Shown here in pieces: positions 13,548 to 23,987 of a stretch of 64,000 bases of DNA. The position numbers and the translations under genes are program-made. The first letter of the stretch is position 1, and each line of letters begins with the position of its first letter. A model generated the notes under the pieces. It was not told the DNA's origin and did not search any database. It worked only from the letters and a program-made list of their open reading frames with translations. The DNA is from Lama glama (taxonomy: Eukaryota), in assembly GCA_028534125.1 (NCBI GenBank), contig CM052817.1, forward strand, positions 46,440,001-46,504,000, given 5' to 3'.

Positions 13548-14167
13548 CCAGGTTTGTACTGTTCGCCTGCCAGCACGGCCTCTTGGGTGGGCGGCTGTCT
13601 TCCTCTGGGTCCAAGCCTCTTCTCTCCCTCCATCCGTGGCTCCATCCCTGTCCCCCATCTCTGACCGAAGGGCGGTGTAACATGCAAGGTCAGAGGGAAG
13701 CTGTTTCCCCAGCAGCAGCTGTCTTCTGTGCTGCAGAGTTCACGGTGGTCTCTGGGGCTGGAAGATGGCTCTCTGGCTGAGAAAGAGCATTCAGGCCCTC
13801 CACCGCTGTGTGTGTCCCAAGAGTGGCTTGTCCTGTCTTGGAGTGCCGCAGCTCACTCCAAGCCCCGTGAGCACCCCTGGGCTGTTCTTTGCCTGCAGCA
13901 TCAGGGTCCCTGGGAGATAATGTAGTGCCCACTTCAGAAGTGCCGCGGGTGGGGAAGGGGCTTCCTGGGCACGTGTCCTACAAGGGCTGGGTGAGCGACA
14001 TGCGTGCTGTGCCCCTTCTGGCCTGCCCAGAGCGGAGTCCAGCCCAGGTGCTCTGGTCCCCACAGGACTGCCCGCCACCCCTGCTCTGCTCGCTTCCTCC
14101 GGGGATCACCGCCCCTGCTCAGACCTGCTCCGCCACCTTCACCTTCGTCTCCACTTGTGTCCAGGTC
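13548..14167 (-). other. 5' leader of the retrocopy; probable I-gamma (germline transcript) exon sequence
   Basis: GC-rich 620 nt inside the TSDs, joined as ...ACAAACCTGG|GCCTCCACC to CH1. No JH motif (WGxGTxVTVSS), no V domain, and no polypyrimidine/AG acceptor before CH1, so it is neither VDJ nor retained intron. The I-exon identity is inferred. Confidence 0.75.
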
Positions 14168-14289
14168 GAGAAACTTTTATTGTTATTACAACTTTTTATT
14201 GGCTACTTATCACCAAGGATTATTCTGTCAACTGCCTGACTCAACACTCCAAACTGACTGGGATTGTGGATTAAGAGCAATATTGAGAG

Positions 14290-14460
14290 AATAATAATAA
14301 TTAATGTTTGCTGATTTTTAAACACAGACTATGTATGAGGAACTATGCCACGTGTTTTGCATAAATCATCCATTTAGTCCTCACAGTAATATATGAAGTA
14401 GACACCCATCCCCATTTTAGAGATGAGGAAACTAAGGCACAGAGGGAAAGTGGCATACCC
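14290..14460 (+). mobile_element. MIR SINE fragment
   Basis: Core CCCATTTTAGAGATGAGGAAACTAAGGCACAGAG. Confidence 0.7.
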
Positions 14461-14640
14461 TTGGGTGCCATGCTAAGGACTTTGGACTTTGAAGATAATT
14501 TGAGTGATGATGCACAAGGTGGACCAAAAGTGAAAAACACCAAATGAGTGAAAACTAGTTGGGAGACTATCATTTACCTTCCTCATGGGCACTTAGTTCT
14601 GCAGAATGATCAACGTGCTGAGGACTTGAACTTCAGTCTC

Positions 14641-15742
14641 TCTTTTCTTTTCTTTTTTTTTATTTTACATTTTTTTTATTGAGTTATAGTCAGTTTACAA
14701 TGCTGTGTCAATTTCCAGTATAGAGCACAATTTTTCAGTTATACATGAACATACGTATATTCATTGTTGCATTCTTTTTCACTGTGAGCTACCACAAGAT
14801 TGTATATTTTCCCTGTGCTATACAGTATAATCTTGTTTATCTATTCTACATATGCCTGTCAGTATCTATAAATTTCGAACTCCCAGTCTGTCCCTTCCAC
14901 CCCCCTCCCCGCTGGCAACCACAAGTTTGTGTTCTATATCTATGAGTCTGTTTCTGTTTTGTATTGTTCTTTTTTTTTTTTTAGATTCCACATATAAGTG
15001 ATCTCATATGGTATTTTTCTTTCTCTTTCTGGCTTACTTCACTTAGAATGACATTCTCCAGGGACACACATGTTGCTGCAAATGGTGTTATGTTGCTATT
15101 TTTATGGCTGAATAGTATTCCACTGTATAAATATACCACCTCTTCTTTATCCAGTCATTTGTCGATGGACATTTAGGCTGTTTCCATGTCTTGGCTACTG
15201 TAAATAGTGCTGTTATGAACATTGGGGTGCAGGTGTCTTTTTGATGTAAGGTTCCTTCTGGATATATGCCCAGGAGTGGGATTCCTGGGTCATATGGTAA
15301 GTCTACTCCTAGTCTTTTGAGGAATCTCCATACTGTTTTCCACAGTGGTGGCACCAAACTGCATTCCCACCAGCAGTGTAGAGGGGATCCCTTTTCCCCA
15401 CAGCCTCTCCAGCATTTGTCATTTGTGAGCTGTTGAATGATGGCCATTCTGACTGGTGTGAGGTGATAGCTCATTGTAGTTTTGATTTGCATTTCTCTGA
15501 AAATTAGTGATATTGAGCATTTTTTCATGTGCTTATTGATCATTTGCATTTCTTCCTTGGAAAATTGCTTGTTTAGGTCTTCTGCCCATTTTTGGATTGG
15601 GTTGTTTGTTTTCAAGCTTCTGCACAGCAAAGGAAGCCATAAACAAAACAAAAGAACAACCTACGGAATGGGGGAAAATTTTTGCAAAAGATGAAACTGA
15701 CAAAGGCTTGATCTCCAGAATATATAAGCAGTTCATACGACC
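14641..15742 (-). mobile_element. 5'-truncated, 5'-inverted LINE-1 (ORF2 C-terminus + 3'UTR + polyA)
   Basis: ORF 15088-15651 has the L1 ORF2 Cys-rich end ([30 protein letters not shown]); T-rich tail at ~14641-14678; segment ~15613-15742 is the preceding ORF2 sequence on the + strand ([24 protein letters not shown]). Confidence 0.9.
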
Positions 15743-16294
15743 TTATGTCTTTCTACTTTCTATCATGTGTCAGTTTCATTCTTCCCTTTTCCCCCTGACA
15801 AATTCCTACTCCACCTCTAAGAGCTGGTTTATGGGTTAGTTCCTCTCTGAAAAACTAGCTAACATACCACTGGCCTGTGTGAAAGGCAGGACAGTGAAAG
15901 CAAGAGCTGGGAGCTGGAAGTCCGACTGATCTGCTCAACCTCCTGACAATCCGGCCCTGGGAGCTTCCTTAACCTTTCTGAGATGGTTACCACAACTCTA
16001 CAATGGAATTAACATCACCTAACATGCAAAGTGGGTGTGGACGTTTAGATAATACTCTGGCACTTCATAGACCTCTGTAAGTAGAGTCTATTTAAGTAGT
16101 TCCTTATCTCAAAGCCTTCTTCCTCTCTCTCCCCCAACTCCAAGGAAACAGAATTGGACCATTCTCCACTTTCTCTTAGGAGTCTAACCCTACTTGTACA
16201 CAAACAATACTACCTTAGGTTGAAATGACATTAGTTCACTGGTAAGGGTCTGCAGCTTCCTCTAGCCTCAACTAGATTCTGCCTTCTTGTCCAC

Positions 16295-16773
16295 TGTGGT
16301 AGGCTGAATAAAGATTTCCATGTCCTAATCCCTGGAACCTGGCACAAATGTTACCTTATATGGCAAAAAGGACTTCACAAATATGTTAAGGCCCTTGAGA
16401 TGGGAAGATTACCTTGGATCATCCAAGTGGGCACAGCATAATCACAAGGTTCTTCTAAAAGGCAGGCAGGGTGTAAGTTGAAGTGTCAGAGGTGACAACG
16501 AAAGCAGAGGTCAGAGTGCAGTAGTTTGAAGATAGAGGAAGGGGTCAGGAGCTGAAGAATGCAGAGGACCTCTAAAGCTGAGCAAGACAAGGAAATGGAT
16601 TCTCCCCTAGAACCTCCAGAAGGAATGCAGCTCTAAGGACACTTTGAGATTAGGCTGTAAACTGCATTTTGGACTTGTGACTTCCAGAACTGAAATATAA
16701 TAAATTCGTGTTGTTTAAGCCGTTGAACTTATGGTACTTTGTTATGTACTGAAGTTAATAGGTAACTAACACA
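16295..16773 (+). mobile_element. MaLR (MLT1-type) solo LTR
   Basis: TGTGGTAGGCTGAATAA..CTAATCCCTGGAACC..GATTCTCCCCTAGAACCTCCAGAAGG..ACTAACACA. Confidence 0.8.
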
Positions 16774-16979
16774 GCCATCTTTCAACACCATCCTTTCTCG
16801 CCAGAGTACATGAGTGTCTTCTTAAAGCTTGAATGAAATACAACTTTGCATTTCTCCTAACTTCCACAGCTCTTTAATCACAATTTCAGTATCTCCAATA
16901 TTAAGAAATTCATGGAAAGTAGTAAACTGCAAACAAGGTTTTATTGAACCTAATACTGAGGGAAAAAATTTCTTCAAGA

Positions 16980-17474
16980 CATTTTCATGCTTAGTGCAAA
17001 ACTCATGAAAGAGTAGAAAACTAACAAGATGGCTCTTGAGTTGTCCAGGACTGTACTTACTTCTAGATAAATTGATCTTATGGCTAATATGCTCCCTTCC
17101 CGGGGCACTCTTTTCTTAGAATAACTTGTCCTTTTACCCTAAAGTTCTGGAAAGAAGGTCATGAACCCAACCTCAAGAAAACAGGCAGACCCTTCTCAGT
17201 TCCTCCATAACAACAGCAAGTTCTTATCAATATGAAGAGAATGTAACACCCTGTAAAATGCACTCATTGTTGTCACCTTTTCTGTTCCACCCAGTTTTTC
17301 TATAAAACCTTAAGACCCCAACCCCAAGATGGGCTCACAGTCTTTTAAGGCATGAGCCTGCTGTGATTCCTTCTGCCTGGGAAAGCAATAAAGTGTTCTT
17401 TTCTACCATCCCAAAACTCTACCTCTGACTCTCTATTTGGCCATCCGGGTATAGAGGCCAATTTTTAGGCAGCA
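16980..17474 (+). mobile_element. Probable ERV solo LTR downstream of PF4
   Basis: TATAAAA ~17301, AATAAA ~17387, end ..GGCAGCA resembling the family A 3' end; left boundary approximate. Confidence 0.5.
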
Positions 17475-18200
17475 CTCATGGTATATAAATAAAATGTGAT
17501 GGGAACCAATTCTGTAGGTTTGTGAATGTGGGATTTATTATGGACAATAAAGGTTGCAAGAATTATTTTAGTATTTTATTTTTGTGCAATGTCAGTATTA
17601 TCAAAGAGCCAATAAAGAGTAAAATATTTTAATGTAATTCTCTGAAAAGTATCAATTTATTTCTATTAAGTAGTAGAGAATCCTAGTTTCATTTTTATTA
17701 ATTTTCCATACTGGGGTAAAGGATAAATCTTAAAGGGATAAAAGCAGAGTCTGATTTATTTTTTTATTTTTTTTTAAAAAAACAGCCTAGAAGACTTAAG
17801 TGTGGTTAGTATTTATTTATTAATATTTAAGTGCAAAGCTAATCATAACAATAGTATGTAAGTTATTGAGTAATGCAATCATGTAAATAAGCAAATATGT
17901 ATCAGCGAACATGTAACACCAAGTAAAACCAATCTTCATTAAACCAAATCTTCCTCAAAAATATTTTTTTCCTTAATTCTGGAGATTTTTCCTTATATGA
18001 AACTTTGATGTGTCAACACTATTTCTTTGGTCTATTAAGAAATATTGACTATACCACAACTTGATTTATTTTATTTACATAGCATTTCAAGGGTAATAAA
18101 AACATCAGAAGACTTTTTCCACAGTTAGATTGAAAACGAAAAAAAGAAAAGAAAAAGAAACCCATCGTATAGCCAAAGTATAGATTTGGGCAGTTAGTAG

Positions 18201-18966
18201 CTAAGTCTTCAAAAGTTTCTTGATTATTCTCTTATACAGAGGGGCCTGCGGGTCCAGGCAAATTTTCCTCCCTTTTTTCAGCGTAGCTCTGCAGGGGTGG
18301 GGGGAAGAGAAGACACATCTCTCAGTCACTGGGATTGAAGGTGGAGGGGCGTGGAGGCGGGTGTGGAGGGGCGGTAGGGGAGGGCAGAGGGGGCGAGGGA
18401 GGCGCGGAAGAAGAAGTGCAAGGACTCACATCAGTTGGGGGCTGGGGCAGTGGAGTCCGGCCCCGATCACCTCCAGGCTGGAGATGTGCTTGGGATGGAC
18501 TCCGGAGGTGGTCTTCACACACAGGCAGTGCAGGTCTCCATCTCCAGCTTCAGGGTCATCTAGGGGTTGGGTGAGGGTGGCAGAGAGTGATGACTCTGAA
18601 TAACCAAAAGTACCTTAGGGATCTTTTTCACTACGTTTGACCTTCATTTCCTCATCCACAAATCGTACCTCCAAAAGGATGTACAACTAGATGGTTAATA
18701 CGGGCAGCGCTGGGTACAGCTCCTGCACACTTAGCAAGCACTCAGCAAATCATAGTTGGGGTCCCGAATGGTTACAGACTCCGCCCTAGGCCCTGGAGTT
18801 CCCTGTCACTTCCCCATATCCCACCCCCACCCCCGCCACCTTTCCCGACCCTGCTTCAGCTCTCACCTTGGGCGAGGGCGAGGGCCGGCAGGAGCAGCAG
18901 CCCCAGGAGCAGGAGACTGGGACTGGGCCGGCAGCGGGAGGCGCGGGTACCCGCTATGAGTCTCAT
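18201..18966 (-). CDS. PF4: Platelet factor 4 (CXCL4), 3 exons, 117 aa
   Basis: Exons 18966-18867, 18595-18430 and 18288-18201, all GT-AG. Translation [120 protein letters not shown]-negative CXC chemokine with basic C-terminal helix. Confidence 0.96.
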
Positions 18967-19054
18967 GTTGCGGAGATGCCGGCAGGATCCGGGAGCAGGG
19001 GCAGCTGGGGCTGGCGCTCGGAAGACCAGTGGTATCCCAGACTCTCCAGGCCGG

Positions 19055-19078
19055 TTTTATCTCCTCCCTGGTCGGAAG
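19055..19078 (-). promoter_or_regulatory. PF4 core promoter: GATAAAA in the TATA position plus ETS (CGGAAG) site
   Basis: GATAAAA (minus) at 19055-19061, ~90 nt upstream of ATG; CGGAAG at 19073-19078; T-rich tract (minus) at ~19147-19162. Matches the known megakaryocyte GATA/ETS architecture of PF4 promoters. Confidence 0.75.
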
Positions 19079-21464
19079 CCCGGGGGAAAGAGTGGGGGTC
19101 TGCGGTGCAGAAGCTGAGACACTTCTGCAAAGAGCTAGGCTCTGGACAGCTAAGATTAGGAACTTAAAAAAAAAAAAAAAAAGCCCTGGATAGCAGCCTT
19201 GCTGGGAGCTGGGAGCAGGATCAAAGCCCCACCCAGAATTCATATACATGCACATTTATGCAGTTAGAAACCATATTCGAACCTTATACAATGTAAGTTG
19301 TCTTTGTTATGTGTAATAGTAGTGTTCTCCGTAGCCACCGTCTGTTGCAATTTACAGAGACTGTACCTTGGGGAACAAGACAGTGTCTGTTTCCAAATCC
19401 CAACTGCTCCTGGGCATCTGCCTTTCTGGTCGATTACCACTGGGTTTAGTCTGGCAACTGTTGTGTTAAAGGAGTGCACTTTGTCATTCTTTTTTGCTGC
19501 TAAAAAGTTGAATTGAGTTTCTTGGCAATGGCTCAGTTCCAAATTTCACCTAGATGGGGAAGTCTTCCTTACTCTCTTGAATGGGATCTACCTGACTACC
19601 AACCACCATCCAGTATACTCTAGGAAACAAGCTCTATTATCCTCCTCTATCTTCTTACTCGAAGAAAAATTATGAAAGTAATACCTGAATGCATTATTTT
19701 TGTAAAGAAATTGGTGCCTGGATGTTTCTCCATTCTGCTCAGCCAAGAAGAGGTCAAGGGAGTTCTCAGTCCACATCGCACAGCTCTTGCTACCACCTGG
19801 GCCAGTACCAGTGACAGGGTGAGACGGGCTGCACTACTCACTGGAACACTGATGCTCTCAGGAGGACACAGAGCATCTGGGAGTTGAGTGTGGAAAAGAG
19901 GTGGGAGAGCGAGTAGAGGGTATGCAACAGAATCCTGCACAGAAAAGGTCCAGAGATCAATATGGAGCATCTTCCCTTCCCTGAAAAAGAATGCCTTTGG
20001 CTCTTGATCAGGGCAAAGTACACCCTCATCTCAAAGCCACTGTCCCACTGATTAACAGTGGTGAAGGGCCTCAGGAGCCCACTGCATGGAACTAGCTGAC
20101 CTCTTAAGGCTCATCAGGACCAGACTCCTGCATGGATATTCAATCTAATTCCTGGGCCTAGTGTGTTCTTGCTCTTAGTTTTCCACCACCTGACCCTTCA
20201 GCTTGTTAAGTTCTATTCATATTTCTGGTGTCTGCTTAAATATCAACCCCCCAGAGGGGACTCCCCTGACAGCCAAAGCCCCTTGTGTTCCCTGTTGTCT
20301 TGTAGCACCCTCTGCTTCTCCTGTTTCTCACAGATCATAAAATACACATATATGCGTGTGTGTATTTAAACATGTTTAATTAAAATGGTTTCTTGTCCTG
20401 AGTGGAAAGCTCCAAGAGGTGAGGGATCATACTGCCTATCACTATTCTAGCACAATGGTAGGGACTCAGTATGAAGTACCATGTTAGTGAAGATGATAAA
20501 TGTTGAAAATGATGAAGATGAGGCTTTGATGTGTTCATGTGTCTGTTTCTCTGTGCGACTGAAGCATTTCTCTATATGAACATGTGTCCCATGTGGCTGT
20601 GATTATTTGTCAGCCTGTCTGCCTCTCCTCCCAGACAGTAATCTCTTCAAGGGCAAGTCTCTGTAACTTATACATCTTTGAATATCCTGCATCCACACGC
20701 TGGCTAGTAGAACATGTGTTGTAAGTCGTACATGTGTATGAAACTGACACTTGAGATCCCAAAGTGGGTTAGCAGCAGAGGGAACGGCTGGGGGGTGGTT
20801 TAGCATACGGATGGGCAACATCCTGGATTTGTACAACCTCACCCCTAGATTTCAATATTTGCAGTGTAAAGGAATCCAGGGAGTAGGAAGTGACAATTAA
20901 GTCCTTCTTTCTCTGCATCTAAATAGAATAGTTCAATATATGCACACCAAAGTAAGAGACATCTGCATTGCAGGAGATACTAGCATAATGTAAAAACTGC
21001 ATCATGTCTCAAGAGCTGGCCCTGTTAGATTTCAGTAGGAGACCACTAAAAAATGAATGAGATATTGAGCTATTTTGAATTATTGGAGAAAAACTGATGA
21101 CAATGACTGCAATCACCATTTACTGTTTTATTTGTTACATGTTTATTCATGTGTATTTTTGTTAACTATTACTTGATAAATGTATTAACTTTGTAGACGA
21201 AGCATTTTAAAGCATTAGACCTATAATGGTGAAGAGATAATGAAAGGAAACATTTATAATGCCGAGACTGTGAAATAAATGCTTAATACATGAACACGCC
21301 CTAAAGTCCATGTGCAGGTTGGGGCAGGTGAACTTATACCTTCTTCTATAACCATCACAGAAAGTTCAGTATCCTATTCATGAATCCAGCCCTACTTTCT
21401 GTGTCAATAATATTACATGACATAAGATAATCTCTTCATTACAGAAAGAAGAATCAAGGAAAGC

Positions 21465-21940
21465 GATGTGTTGTGATGGTTAAGAACATGGTTTCAAAGA
21501 CTCACTCTGTCACCTACTTAGTTATCTGATTCTGGGACAAATTTGCTAATCCCTTTGAACTTGAGTTTTCTTCTCTGTTAACACTGGAAACATTAATAGT
21601 ACTACTAATAAATAGAAACTAACATTCATATATGGGTTACTATGTGACATGCATTATTTTCAGCACTTTGAATTCATTAACTGTTAATTTTCACATCAAC
21701 TCTGTGAGGTAAGCAATATTTTGCCATTTTAGAGATGAAGACACTTAGGCACAGAAAGGTTATGCAACCTGCCCAAAGTTACACAGCTAGCAAGTGGTGG
21801 ACTAAGCTACTCAGTTATTCTCTCTTTAGAGGATATGCTTTTAACCAGATCATAGCTATCTTGTAAGAATTACTTAATTCATGCATGCAAAACATTAAAT
21901 ATGTCTGGCATAATAAAAGTTATTAATAAAGTTTAGTTAT
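21465..21940. mobile_element. Two MIR fragments in opposite orientations
   Basis: GAGTTTTCTTCTCTGTAA and CATTTTAGAGATGAAGACACTTAGGCACAGAAAGGTT cores. Confidence 0.55.
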
Positions 21941-23017
21941 TGCTATAGTACATTAAAAATGGCACAGATCATCAACTACTGACTTTTGCTGATCGTATTG
22001 TTAAATACCAAAGTGTAAAAAAAAAAAGTAAGGGTTTTTCCCCTAATAATTCTGTTAAAAGTAATAACATACAACAAAAAAGTAATAATAAATTTTCATT
22101 TTATGTTAGTATTTTGGTAAGAGTAGTATGGATGTAAATTTAAGGGATTAAGACATGAATGAAAGTTCCATTGATTACAAAATAATAATTAGTAGTCTGG
22201 TAAAGTTTAAGTTCTTTATCATACTTATTTGTCAGGCTGATTCTAGTACTAAAATTGTGACCATGTAGACATTAAATAAACCCAAATATGTACAAGCATG
22301 TCAGAGTACAACATTCAACAATAAGTAGAACCTATGTTTTATTATTATTATTGAACATACTGGAGTTTTATCTTATAGAGAGCATGTTAATACTTTTCAT
22401 CATTTTTTTTGTTCTACTGGTATTAAATAAATTCACTTTCAAGTAAATAACAAGATTCACATTCTACAGCTTTATTATTTTTAGCGTTTGAAGGCTAACA
22501 AACATTAGAAAAATCTTTCAGAGAATGCTTTGAAACAAGACATCCTAGGACTAAGACAATGAAAAACTCTACTAAGTCCCTAAATGTGTTAATGAACATT
22601 TATCAAGCAAGTGCGCTCTGCTGGGCTCTGTGTGGTTCCTAGCATCACTGACCATTATGGAATCATGGGCACGGTGAGTTTAATAGCGCAGTGGAGCAAG
22701 ATAACACAAATGTATTCGGAAAGAAATGTTTAGAAAAAGAAATGCAAAGCATAGTACCCCATTTAGCCAAGAATTGGGAAGCAAACCATATATTGTTTTT
22801 TGAAACTAGCCTTGCTTACTTTCATCATTTCTCTGTCATCTATTAACCAGTCTTCTCAGAATAAAATGTAATTTTTGAGACAGAATGAAAAACATATCCG
22901 AAGTTTAATACAATATGACTAGGTGTCCTGGATAAAGAAGAACTCTAGAAAACCAAGACTTCAAACGCCTATCCTTCCTGGGAGAATAAAAAAAAGGTTT
23001 AACAGAAAGTGAAAAGA

Positions 23018-23833
23018 TTAAGCAGCTGACCCACGATCTTCCAGCATTTTCCGGACTATTTTCTTGATTACAGGAGCTTCTGGGTCCAGGCAGATTTTCT
23101 TCCCATTCTTCAGCAGGGCTCTGCAAAAGATAATAGAATTATCTGTGAGCGTCCTGGCCACTGTCAGAAGGGACTCTACAGTGTCGGTTGGAGACAGAGG
23201 TGGAGGGCTTCCCTAGTGAGGCAATACCACAGAAGCAGAGACTTACATCACTTCAACTTTGGTGCAGTGGGGTCCTGCTCTGGTCACCTCCAGACTTTGG
23301 ATGTTACTGGGATGAATGCCAGAGGTGGTCTTCACACACAGGCAGCGAAGTTCCACGTACAGCAATCTTTCCCCACGTTTAGCTAGGGTAGAAAGTGTGA
23401 TTCTATTAGTGGCCATGATTCTCTCAGGGATCTCACCCATGGATGTGTTTCTCCAGTCCCTCCTTTGTCAACTGTACCTCTCTCCCAAAGCCATCGTGAC
23501 TATGATCTGTAAATTTTAGTAAAGTACCCCAGCAGGATTCCTGGCACATGTCAAGTGCCCACTGAGTGCAGCTCCTCCATTTAGGACTACTGGTCTTCTC
23601 CAGCCCCAGGAGCACCAGGACAGTCCTTCCCCAAGACACAGCTGCAGCAGAAGCAGCCTCAGGAGCAGGGAAGCAGAAACTCCACCTTCGGCTCGCCCTA
23701 AGTCTCTCTTACTTTTTCCGATGGTGGAGGGAACCAGCATGGTCAGGAGCAGTGACAGTAGCAGCAACACCTGGAGGGCAGGAAGTGGGCTGGCGCTGGC
23801 ACAGGAGGAGGCGGTGCTGGGTCTGTGGCTCAT
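23018..23833 (-). CDS. PPBP: Pro-platelet basic protein (CXCL7), 3 exons, 128 aa
   Basis: Exons 23833-23686, 23382-23247 and 23120-23018, all [135 protein letters not shown]-CxC motif; adjacent to PF4. Confidence 0.95.
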
Positions 23834-23928
23834 GGTGGAAAAGACTGGGCTAGAGTTGTTCCCAAAGCCAGGAGGGCGAATTGCCTAGGAGTCTGCCGCT
23901 AAGTGGCTTTTCATGGTCTCCTGATGTC

Positions 23929-23987
23929 TTTTATACACACTCCCTCAAGGCCAGTAAGGAGAAAAAGGATAAGGACGGAGGAAGTGA
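23929..23987 (-). promoter_or_regulatory. PPBP promoter: TATA box, GATA and ETS motifs
   Basis: TATAAAA (minus) 23929-23935; GGATAAG ~23968-23974; GAGGAAGT ~23978-23985. Confidence 0.65.

Larger units (their letters stand above)
11331..14167 (-). pseudogene. Processed (retrotransposed) pseudogene of an IgG1b-like membrane-form heavy-chain germline transcript (leader-CH1-hinge-CH2-CH3-M1-M2-3'UTR-polyA)
   Basis: Intronless CH1 (from 13547, [15 protein letters not shown]...), hinge 13253-13218 ([12 protein letters not shown]), CH2 ([19 protein letters not shown]...), CH3 (from ~12886, [11 protein letters not shown]...), M1 12565-12432 (..[30 protein letters not shown]), M2 12431-12348 ([19 protein letters not shown]). 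One reading frame over 1200 nt with stops at 13527-13529, 13053-13055 and 12765-12767. AATAAA at 11354-11359 (minus), polyA at ~11327-11337, TSD GAGAAACTTTT at 11320-11330 and 14168-14178. Confidence 0.96.

Noticed and set aside
12348..14167. Heavy-chain-only antibody (VHH-IgG2/3) retrocopy
   Set aside because: CH1 is spliced in, the hinge is short IgG1b-type, and there is no V/J sequence.
11437..14294. Overlapping plus-strand and alternative-frame ORFs (e.g. 12799-13362, 12124-12654)
   Set aside because: Shadow ORFs of the GC-rich IgG retrocopy.
18201..18966. PF4V1 (CXCL4L1)
   Set aside because: The C-terminus keeps the PF4-type [12 protein letters not shown] basic helix; only one PF4-like gene is in the window.
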